A DNA stretch of 63,238 nt. It comes from Clostridia bacterium DTU022 (GTDB lineage Bacteria; Bacillota; Dethiobacteria; DTU022). The position numbers and the translations under genes were made by a program. This document shows positions 56,002 to 63,238 of the stretch, one piece after another. The DNA is taken from assembly GCA_001512835.1 (NCBI GenBank), contig LFRQ01000013.1, positions 1 to 63,238 on the forward strand, written 5' to 3'. Each line of letters begins with the position of its first letter. Positions within the stretch are counted from its first letter, which is position 1. The notes under the pieces were generated by a model, which did no database searches, was not told where the DNA came from, and saw only the letters and a list, made by a program, of their open reading frames with translations.

Positions 56002-57150
56002 ATGAATATTGGCTTCTTTACCGACAGCTACCGGCCCTACACCAGCGGGGTAGTGCGCTCCATCGAAACCTTCTCCCGGGAGTTTACCGCCCGGGGACAT
56101 GAAGTATATGTTTTCGGCCCCGACTACCCCTTGATGCACTGTCCCAAGGAAGAAAAGGTTTTCCGCTTTATCTCCATACCGGCGCCTACCATGCCCGATT
56201 TTGCCATGCCCATTCCCATTTCCGTGCAACTGGGTTCCACCATACGCCGGATCGGGCTGGATATAATTCATGTCCACTCACCCTTTCTTTTAGGCCGCTT
56301 GGGCGCCCGGGCCGCCCACAGGTACAAGCTTCCTTTGGTTTTTACTTTTCACACCCTTTACGATCAGTACGTCCACTACTTGCCCTTTGCGCAGAACGCC
56401 TCGCGGCGCCTGGTCCAGATTATCGGTCGGGATTTTTGCAACCGCTGCGACATGGTAATAACTCCCTCCCGCCTGGTTTTAAACTATCTCCAGCGCATCG
56501 GGGTAAAAGTCCCCATCTCCACCATCCCCACCGGCATTGAGCTGGAGGAGTTTGAAAATACCGATCCTGCCTGGCTGCAAAAAAATTATCACGTGGATCC
56601 CCGGCACAAGGTTTTGCTCTTCGTGGGCAGGCTGGGACAGGAGAAAAATATCGTTTTCTTGTTAAAAGCATTTGAGAAGGTTCTCCAGTCCTATCCCGAC
56701 TGCGTACTGGTCATCGTGGGCAAAGGCCCCCAGGAAAGCTACCTAAAAGAGCTTTGCCACCAGCTGCGCATCGCCGGCCGGGTCATTTTTACGGGGGTAT
56801 TGCCCCGTCACAAGCTGGTTCACTGTTACGCCAGCTCCCATCTGTTCGTCTTCCCCTCCGTTACCGAGACCCAGGGGCTGGTCATCGGCGAAGCCAAGGC
56901 CGCCGGCCTTCCCGTGGTGGCCATTCGTGCCTTTGGCCCCGCGGAATCCGTTGTCCACGGAGAAGACGGCTTTCTTACCGATCCATCCATACCCTCTTTC
57001 ACGGAAGCCATCCTTAACTTGCTCCGCGACGAGCAACTCTACCGGCGCATGAAGGAAAAAGCCCTCGCCAATGTCCACTTGATCTCCTCGGGGCATTGCG
57101 CGGAACAGATGCTTTCCCTTTATCAGTCCCTTTTGGACAAATACAACTAG
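56002..57150 (+). CDS. GT4-family glycosyltransferase (glycolipid synthase-like)
   Basis: 382 aa. N-terminus IGFFTDSYRPYTSGVV and GT-B C-domain E(x7)E context (FVFPSVTETQGLVIGEAKAAGLPVV). Confidence 0.8.
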   Translation: MNIGFFTDSYRPYTSGVVRSIETFSREFTARGHEVYVFGPDYPLMHCPKEEKVFRFISIPAPTMPDFAMPIPISVQLGSTIRRIGLDIIHVHSPFLLGRLGARAAHRYKLPLVFTFHTLYDQYVHYLPFAQNASRRLVQIIGRDFCNRCDMVITPSRLVLNYLQRIGVKVPISTIPTGIELEEFENTDPAWLQKNYHVDPRHKVLLFVGRLGQEKNIVFLLKAFEKVLQSYPDCVLVIVGKGPQESYLKELCHQLRIAGRVIFTGVLPRHKLVHCYASSHLFVFPSVTETQGLVIGEAKAAGLPVVAIRAFGPAESVVHGEDGFLTDPSIPSFTEAILNLLRDEQLYRRMKEKALANVHLISSGHCAEQMLSLYQSLLDKYN

Positions 57151-57375
57151 CCGGGAGACACGCTACGGGCAGATGGTGAACGAGGAGATGTCGTCTCTTG
57201 GGCAAATACTATTAGCCGGAGAATAGCCGGAGTCCTTTTTGCCGGCGGCGCCATTAGCCGGATTAAGGTCCGTTCTGCCAGTGCTTCCAGGGCCGCAGCG
57301 GGTAAATTAGGTCAATAAAGGGCGCAGAGAGGAAATAAACACGCTTTGTTTATAACGAGGTAAAAGCGACGCTTT

Positions 57376-57414
57376 AAAACAAAAACCCCGGAATCTTCTA
57401 TATTTCCGGGGTTT
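57376..57414 (-). terminator. terminator of tRNA-Gln
   Basis: Minus strand AAACCCCGGAA-atatagaaga-TTCCGGGGTTT followed by TTGTTTT. Confidence 0.75.
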
Positions 57415-57419
57415 CTTTC

Positions 57420-57493
57420 TGGCTGCGGGACCAGGATTCGAACCTGGGTCTTATGATCCAGAGTCATACGTGCTACCACTACACCATCCCGCA
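57420..57493 (-). tRNA. trnQ: tRNA-Gln (anticodon CTG), CCA encoded
   Basis: Reverse complement TGCGGGATGGTGTAGTGGTAGCACGTATGACTCTGGATCATAAGACCCAGGTTCGAATCCTGGTCCCGCAGCCA. Acceptor TGCGGGA/TCCCGCA, anticodon stem TATGA/TCATA with loop CTCTGGA, T arm CCAGG-TTCGAAT-CCTGG. Confidence 0.9.
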
Positions 57494-57506
57494 ATCATTC
57501 GCCTAA

Positions 57507-57535
57507 ATTATAGCAGCATAGACGGCTTCTTTCAA
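57507..57535 (-). promoter_or_regulatory. sigma-A promoter of tRNA-Gln
   Basis: Minus strand TTGAAA (57530-57535), 17 nt, TATAAT (57507-57512). The tRNA starts 13 nt downstream. Confidence 0.7.
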
Positions 57536-57763
57536 GAGATAATATATTCCTTATACCTTACAGCAAACATCTTGTCGCCAACAGGCCCATGCCTGCTCGC
57601 CGCCCTGCCAGCCTCTACCTTGCTTTTTCTTGTACCGTTCTCCTTTCAGGTTCAGATTTATTTAAAGCTAAGATTAACAAGGCTATGGCTATTGCAGCAT
57701 GTTCTCTTTGCTTTGTCGCATCATGTCGAATATTGTATAAGGCCATACTTTTATAGGGTTATG

Positions 57764-57953
57764 TGCAATATATTGCAGACTACTTGTCTGTCATTACTCC
57801 CAATACTCTTTACTACAGCAGCGCTGGAATAAAAATTATACATAATTATACAATTTTTGCATGTAATATATTACATATGGTGCATTGCCATTTATTCTGC
57901 AAATTGCTGCAGCGTATGGCAGGATCATTCGCCTTATTCTGCAATATATTGCA
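57764..57953. repeat. three copies of the 14-bp palindrome TG(C/T)AATATATT(G/A)CA
   Basis: TGCAATATATTGCA at 57764-57777 and 57940-57953, and TGTAATATATTACA at 57862-57875 (a 16-bp palindrome with its flanks). All lie in an AT-rich, ORF-poor spacer. Confidence 0.85.
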
Positions 57954-58006
57954 ATATTCTACTTGCATTATAGCCTTTCTTCCGGCTTCGACCAGAAAGC
58001 CCCGCC

Positions 58007-59455
58007 TTACCTTCCCTCCAGTTGCTGTACCGTGCGCCTCAGGCGCCGCACCGTCTCCTCCCGGCCAAGGAAGGAAAGCAATTCATAAAAGTCCGGCCCG
58101 CCGGTGCGTCCGGAAACGGAAAGGCGTACCGGCTGGATTAAACGCCCCAGGGAGAGGGAGGTTTCCTGGGCCAGCCTGGCAAAAGCCTCCTCGATGGTGC
58201 CCGGTTTGAAGTCGGGGAGGGCTTCCAGTTCGCCGGCAATTTTGTCGATTAGAGAGCCTGTCCCTTCTCTGGAAAAGTGCTTCTCCCAGCCCCGGGGGTC
58301 GTATTCGTAGTCCGCAGAGTAAAAATAGCTGGAAGCCTCGGCCATTTCGGAAAGGGTTTTTGCCCTTTCGCGCATCAGGGATACCACTTTCTGCAGCTTC
58401 CCCAGCTCCTCCTTCCCCGGGTTGGGACTGACCAGTCCTTTGGCCGCAAAAAAGGGCACAGCCAGGCGGGTTATGCGCTCCAGGTTCCCTTCCCGGAGGT
58501 AATGCCCGTTCATCCAGGTCAGCTTCTCGGTATCGTAGATGGCGGCCGTCTTGTTCACCCGCTCCAGGCTAAAACGGGCGATCATCTCTTCCAGGGGCAA
58601 AATCTCCTCGTCTCCGCTCAGGGAAGGCGACCACCCCAGCAGGCACATGTAATTGACCAGGGCTTCAGGAAGATAACCCTTTTCCCGGAATTCCTCCACG
58701 GCGGTAGCCCCGTGCCGCTTGCTCAACTTGCTCCGGTCGGGGGCCAAGATCATGGGCAGGTGCGCATAGCTGGGGATGGCGCAGCCCAGCGCCCGGGCGC
58801 ACAATATCTGCCGGGGCGTGTTGGAGAGGTGCTCTTCCGCCCTGATTACATGGGAGATCTCCAGTTGGGCATCGTCTACGACGCTGGCAAAATTGTAGGT
58901 CGGCAGCCCGCTGGACTTGATAATGATAAAATCGTCGATAAGGGCATTGTCAAAGCGAACGGAGCCCCGGATCAGGTCCTCCACCACGGTTTCGCCCCGG
59001 TCCGGAGTAAGCAGCCTGACCACGGGAACCCGACCCGCCGCTCGCAGTTTTTCCTCCTGCTCAGGAGTCAGGTTTCGGCACTTGCCCGGGTAAAGATAGG
59101 CTTCTCCCTTCCGGCGGGCCTCCTCCCTGCCCGCCTCTAGCTCTTCCGGAGTGCAGTAACACCGGTAAGCCTTCTTATTTTCCAGGAGCAAATTGGCGGC
59201 CCGGTGGTAGCGCTCCAGGTTCTGCGACTGAAAATACGGCCCTTCATCCCAATCCAGGCCCAGCCAGCGCAAGGATTCCATCAAGCCCTCCACGTACTCC
59301 GGACGGGAACGCTCTTCATCGGAATCGTCGATGCGCAGTATAAACACCCCGTCATGTTTTCGGGCAAAGAGATAATTAAAGAGCGCCGTTCGCGCCCCGC
59401 CGATATGCAGCTCCCCAGTGGGGCTGGGAGCAAACCTAACCCTAACCTTGGCCAA
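58007..59455 (-). CDS. gltX: glutamyl-tRNA synthetase
   Basis: Class I motifs: a HIGH-type region (RFAPSPTGELHIGGARTA) and KLSKRHG (KMSKS). 482 aa. Confidence 0.95.
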   Translation of the reverse strand: MAKVRVRFAPSPTGELHIGGARTALFNYLFARKHDGVFILRIDDSDEERSRPEYVEGLMESLRWLGLDWDEGPYFQSQNLERYHRAANLLLENKKAYRCYCTPEELEAGREEARRKGEAYLYPGKCRNLTPEQEEKLRAAGRVPVVRLLTPDRGETVVEDLIRGSVRFDNALIDDFIIIKSSGLPTYNFASVVDDAQLEISHVIRAEEHLSNTPRQILCARALGCAIPSYAHLPMILAPDRSKLSKRHGATAVEEFREKGYLPEALVNYMCLLGWSPSLSGDEEILPLEEMIARFSLERVNKTAAIYDTEKLTWMNGHYLREGNLERITRLAVPFFAAKGLVSPNPGKEELGKLQKVVSLMRERAKTLSEMAEASSYFYSADYEYDPRGWEKHFSREGTGSLIDKIAGELEALPDFKPGTIEEAFARLAQETSLSLGRLIQPVRLSVSGRTGGPDFYELLSFLGREETVRRLRRTVQQLEGR

Positions 59456-59667
59456 AACCCTCCACTCCTTTATCCGGTTAAAATTTTTGCCTCTTTCCTT
59501 TTACTTTAAGTAATATAACATAAGTTACCCGCTATTTCCACATGAAAAGGCCGCCCTTTCCAGGCAGCCTTTCTCCTCCCTTAAAACCCTCCTTGGCAAC
59601 TTTATTAAAAAACTGCCTCTTCCCTAACGGCCCAAAGCCTTCGGGATAGAGTTCTTCAAGGCCCTTT

Positions 59668-59847
59668 TTACTTAAACTGGTTCAAGGCAATGCGGCACTG
59701 TTGCAGGCAGTCCTCTATTTTTTGGGCGGATTCTACAAAAGCATTCTGGGCCTGGGTATTCTCCGTTTCCTGGGCGGCCCGCCTTAATTCCCTTGCCGAG
59801 AAGCTTATATTCTCGATGCACTGTTCCACCCTTTCCCGGACGTCCAT
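59668..59847 (-). CDS. DUF1657-like small helical protein
   Basis: 59 aa (MDVRERVEQCIENISFSARELRRAAQETENTQAQNAFVESAQKIEDCLQQCRIALNQFK). GGGGGA RBS. The composition and size resemble DUF1657 spore-associated proteins. Confidence 0.5.
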   Translation of the reverse strand: MDVRERVEQCIENISFSARELRRAAQETENTQAQNAFVESAQKIEDCLQQCRIALNQFK

Positions 59848-59924
59848 CTCTCTATCCCCCCTGTTTTCTTGATAGTATATTATGGGGCAGATAAGGGGGC
59901 AATCATACGAAAAGCGGGCCAAAG

Positions 59925-61343
59925 TCACCCTCCCCCTGGATCCCTGGCTGCCTCCTCCCCCTCGCCTGTTCCCAGCAGGTAAAGGGCGGCTACCGGGGCG
60001 TAGTAGTCCCGCCCCAGGAACTCCCGGGATACTTCTTTATCGTCCATGTAGACAACGCGCCAGGTGCTGATATAATGGCCCGGCTTCCCGGCCCGGAGCA
60101 GCTTCTTCTCCCCCTTCGGCAGGCTGGAAGTTTTCTGGTAGCGGACGGGGGGGTCAACCTTTTGATAACCGGAGGAGATGATCTCCACCCGCTCCTTCAT
60201 CGGCGGCCCGAAAATCCGGAAAGTCAGCCGGTCTTGCGCCAGCTCCGCACCGATCAAAATATGGTGCTCCCGGTTGTTGACAAATTTAAAATCCAGGAGC
60301 CCCTGGGCGATGGTGGCATCCCGCCCCAGGGGAAGGTAGCCTACCGCCTGGGAGTGGTTCCAGCGCTCCAAGATCTCCAGGTTTGCCAGCAGGGCGGCGT
60401 TGTAAAGGGTGGAAGAAACCTGGCACAAGCCTCCGCCCAAGCCGGGAACCAGTTCCTCTCCCACGATGATGGGCGCCTCCAGGTAGCCTTTCTCCCGGGT
60501 AGCCGGGCCCACCACCTGGCTGAAGGAGAAGACTTCCCCCGGCGCCAGCAGGCAGCCGTTAACTGCCGCGGCCCCGATCCGGATATTGTTAATCCGGTTG
60601 GACGTTCCGGAGACCTGGGTGGAAAAGGAAATCATCACTTTGTCCACCTCCAGGCGCTCCAGATCCTCCGCCGTTACCGGCGGCGCAGATTTTCCCGTGG
60701 GAACCGCCAGGGTTCTCTCCGGCCGGTGTATAGACTCTATGAGCAGCTTCCTTAATTTAACGGCTTGGAGGTAGCGCCCCTCCCGCTCCGGGATAATCTT
60801 TACCTCCTCCCCCTCTACCTGGAAGCGGGCGCTCTCCGGCGAACGGTAGACCATTTCCGCCAGCCGGCGGTTAAATTCCGCCAGCTTCTCTTCATCCACC
60901 AGTACCGGGGCCGTCACCTTGATGGGCCTATTCTTAAACCAGAAAGCCAGCCGTGCAGAAAGTCCTTTTACCCCCCTCCCCGCCCGGGAAACCAGTTCCA
61001 GGGTCTTTTCCCGGTCCGGAGCCAGCCCCATTTCTTGATAGGTTGCCGTTAACGTCCCCTGGGAATCCGGCAGCTCCAGGGATACTTCCTCCTGGGACCA
61101 GAGCTCCCGCTCCAGGAGGGCGGGAAGATCTTTAAGCGGCCTCCCCCCCAGGTTCAGCTGCTCCAGGTAGACGCCGTGGTAAACCCGGTTCCGGTAATAG
61201 GCATAATCGACGGTAATGAGGGCCACGGCAAGAAAAGCGATTGCCGCCAGGGCGTACCGCCATCGCCTTCCGGCAGAGGAGCCGCCCCTGAAGAAAGATA
61301 AGGAAGAAACAACTAGATCCCGGATCTTGTCCTTAACGGGCAC
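59925..61343 (-). CDS. VanW-family protein (N-terminal TM anchor, PG-binding-like and VanW domains)
   Basis: 472 aa. TM segment ALAAIAFLAVALITV. VanW core GGGLCQVSSTLYNAALLANLEILERWNHS. GTG start after GGAGG. Confidence 0.8.
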   Translation of the reverse strand: MPVKDKIRDLVVSSLSFFRGGSSAGRRWRYALAAIAFLAVALITVDYAYYRNRVYHGVYLEQLNLGGRPLKDLPALLERELWSQEEVSLELPDSQGTLTATYQEMGLAPDREKTLELVSRAGRGVKGLSARLAFWFKNRPIKVTAPVLVDEEKLAEFNRRLAEMVYRSPESARFQVEGEEVKIIPEREGRYLQAVKLRKLLIESIHRPERTLAVPTGKSAPPVTAEDLERLEVDKVMISFSTQVSGTSNRINNIRIGAAAVNGCLLAPGEVFSFSQVVGPATREKGYLEAPIIVGEELVPGLGGGLCQVSSTLYNAALLANLEILERWNHSQAVGYLPLGRDATIAQGLLDFKFVNNREHHILIGAELAQDRLTFRIFGPPMKERVEIISSGYQKVDPPVRYQKTSSLPKGEKKLLRAGKPGHYISTWRVVYMDDKEVSREFLGRDYYAPVAALYLLGTGEGEEAARDPGGG

Positions 61344-61533
61344 CGCAATCCTCCCCGCTCCATATCTCTAAAAAAGATATGAACCGGGAAGATGATTTTA
61401 TGCATTGTTATTATTTACGGCAGGTATAAAAAAAAGAAAGGGGTAAACAATATAAATGGAACCTCACAAGGCACGCGGTTAATGTAACTGGTTTACAGCA
61501 ACGGGCCTTTGCTGAGGTTCCGTTTTTTCGGGA

Positions 61534-62664
61534 CTATCTCAAGATGGAAAGCAGTATGCCGGCGGCCACGGCGGAGCCGATAACACCGGCTACGTTGGGC
61601 CCCATGGCATGCATCAGCAGGTAATTGTTGGAGTTGGCCTGCCTCCCTACATCCTGGGAAACCCGGGCGGCCATGGGCACCGCCGAAACACCTGCCGAGC
61701 CGATGAGGGGATTCACTTTCCCCCCGGTGATCAAATATAAAAGCTTGCCCATCAATACTCCTCCAGCCGTCCCTATAGCAAAGGCGACCAGTCCCAGGAA
61801 AATAATCCCGATGGTCTGCCAGGTGAGGAAGTATTCCGCGGTAGCCTTGGCCCCCACGGAAACGCCCAGGAGGATAACCACGATATTATTCAGCTCCGTC
61901 TGGGCCGTTTTGCTCAAGCGCTCCGTAACGCCCGTCTCCCGCAGCAAGTTGCCGAACATGAGCATCCCCAGCAAGGGGACCGCCGCCGGCACCAGCAAAC
62001 CCGTCAGGATAATCACCACGATGGGGAAAATTATTTTCTCCGTCTTGGATACCTCTCTTAACTGTTTCATCTCCACCCGTCGCTCTTTCTCGGTGGTCAG
62101 CAGCCGCATTATGGGCGGCTGGATCACGGGCACCAGGGCCATGTAAGAGTAGGCGGCAATGGCGATGGATCCCAGCAGTTCCGGCGCCAACTGGTTGGCG
62201 CAGTAGATCGCCGTCGGTCCGTCGGCGCCTCCGATGATGCCGATGGCCCCCGCCTGCTGGGGAGTAAAGCCCAGGAACAAGGCTCCTGCAAAAGTCAAGA
62301 AGATCCCCAGCTGGGCCGCCGCCCCCAGCAGAATGGTTACCGGATTGGCAATCAGAGGGCCGAAATCGGTCAAGGCACCGACCCCCAGGAAGATCAAAGG
62401 AGGGTAAATTCCGCTTTCCAAGCCCAGGGAAAGGTAGTAGAGAAGGCCTCCCGGCCCCGATTCGCCGGGCGGGTTCAACAAGTCCGCCAGGGGCAGATTC
62501 ACCAGCAGCATCCCGAAACTAATGGGCACCAAGAGCAGCGGCTCGTACTTCTTGACAATGCCCATGTAAAGCAGGAAGCAGGCGATGGCGATCATGATTA
62601 TTTGGGAAAGCGTTATATTGTAATAGCCGGTAGAATGGATAAAATTAAAGATCAGGTCGAGCAT
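61534..62664 (-). CDS. Na+-translocating decarboxylase beta subunit (OadB/MmdB/GcdB family)
   Basis: About 376-aa polytopic protein. Motifs [11 protein letters not shown] and [15 protein letters not shown] are typical of the family. Confidence 0.85.
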   Translation of the reverse strand: MLDLIFNFIHSTGYYNITLSQIIMIAIACFLLYMGIVKKYEPLLLVPISFGMLLVNLPLADLLNPPGESGPGGLLYYLSLGLESGIYPPLIFLGVGALTDFGPLIANPVTILLGAAAQLGIFLTFAGALFLGFTPQQAGAIGIIGGADGPTAIYCANQLAPELLGSIAIAAYSYMALVPVIQPPIMRLLTTEKERRVEMKQLREVSKTEKIIFPIVVIILTGLLVPAAVPLLGMLMFGNLLRETGVTERLSKTAQTELNNIVVILLGVSVGAKATAEYFLTWQTIGIIFLGLVAFAIGTAGGVLMGKLLYLITGGKVNPLIGSAGVSAVPMAARVSQDVGRQANSNNYLLMHAMGPNVAGVIGSAVAAGILLSILR

Positions 62665-62719
62665 AACAGGCTCACCCCCAGGTTTTCGGCTTCGCTGCTG
62701 CTTCTTCCAAATCGGCAAC

Positions 62720-63160
62720 TCATTTCAAAATCACCAGGGTGTCGCCGGTATTAACGGTATCGCCCTTCTTCACCAGCACCCGGGAGACCACACCCCCCTG
62801 AGGTACCGTTATTTCGTTCTCCATTTTCATGGCTTCGATAATCAGAAGCACGTCCCCGGCGTTGACCCGGTCGCCCTCTTGCACCTTGACTTCAATGACG
62901 GTTCCGGGAATAGGAGCGGGGAACTTGAAGCCGTCGCCTTCCGGGCCCGCCGGTTTTTCGGGCTGAATTTTTTCTTGCGGAGCCTTTTCTTCTTTAACGG
63001 GAGGAGCCGGGGCCGCTTCTCTACTCCCCGTTTCCGGCTCCGTAGCCCGGACGCCCGGCGGCACCGCCTGTTCTACCCTGGGAAGACCGGGCTTTTCCGC
63101 CACCTCTTCCACCAGGACATCGTAAGTTTGTCCATCTACCGTTACTTTAAATCTTTTCAC
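62720..63160 (-). CDS. biotin carboxyl-carrier subunit of the decarboxylase
   Basis: 146 aa. Pro/Ala/Glu-rich linker and a biotinyl domain with EAMKMEN. GTG start after GGAGGAG. Confidence 0.85.
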   Translation of the reverse strand: MKRFKVTVDGQTYDVLVEEVAEKPGLPRVEQAVPPGVRATEPETGSREAAPAPPVKEEKAPQEKIQPEKPAGPEGDGFKFPAPIPGTVIEVKVQEGDRVNAGDVLLIIEAMKMENEITVPQGGVVSRVLVKKGDTVNTGDTLVILK

Positions 63161-63238
63161 GCAACCTACTCCTCCTTATATTCTCTATTTCTGTACGCCC
63201 CTCCAGCAGGCTTTTCCTGGCGGCCAGGCCCCATTTCC

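Noticed and set aside
57470-58209. 120-aa and 148-aa plus-strand ORFs across the tRNA-Gln gene, the AT-rich spacer and the gltX 3' end.
   Set aside because: They run antisense through a tRNA gene and through gltX. They are Leu/Ile/Cys/Phe-rich as expected from AT-rich DNA, and they lack an RBS.
61461-61522. Long hairpin GGAACCTCA...TGAGGTTCC between vanW and the decarboxylase beta-subunit gene, considered as a possible small RNA.
   Set aside because: It lies immediately after the stop of the beta-subunit gene and has T/A-rich flanks on both sides. It is most simply a terminator, possibly bidirectional, with a large structured loop. There is no further evidence for a separate RNA gene.

Overview
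GC-rich chromosomal segment that looks like an anaerobic, endospore-forming Firmicute (Clostridia-type). The backbone order is miaB ... mutS-mutL-miaA-hfq-spoVK ... hflX-ynbB, and sporulation genes spoVB, spoVK, a YheC/D homolog, DUF1540 and DUF1657 are present. About 50 protein genes, 2 tRNAs and one tRNA fragment can be supported. Housekeeping content: proC-proB-proA, a short NifV/IPMS-family synthase, UbiB kinase, ROK glucokinase, MiaB, a PBP, MutS/MutL, MiaA, Hfq, HflX, LexA, a PerR-rubrerythrin pair, T-box-controlled leuA, GH2 beta-galactosidase, gltX, and Na+-decarboxylase beta and biotin-carrier subunits. Five things deserve a second look. (1) A TetR-linked acyl-CoA cluster has two tandem DUF2148 Fe-S paralogs and an SCP2 protein but no hydratase or dehydrogenase. 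(2) A 45-bp near-perfect inverted repeat brackets a 1-kb SRAP (YedK-like) plus tautomerase cassette, and a third partial copy lies inside the same cluster. (3) An inverted, circularly permuted partial duplicate of tRNA-Gln plus its promoter flanks an mscS-glycosyltransferase segment. It lies next to a gene-poor, repeat-rich stretch carrying only a resolvase-type HTH and a phage-type holin. (4) Several long non-coding spacers contain degenerate tandem repeats or repeated palindromes: hfq-spoVK, upstream of the aldehyde:ferredoxin oxidoreductase gene, downstream of leuA, and gltX to tRNA-Gln. (5) An AOR-MoaD pair and a degenerate small GTPase are inserted into the conserved spoVK-hflX synteny. 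All calls come from reading the sequence and the supplied ORF translations. No database search or RNA folding was run, so family assignments are motif-based and start codons are approximate. No CRISPR array, rRNA or intact transposase/integrase was seen.
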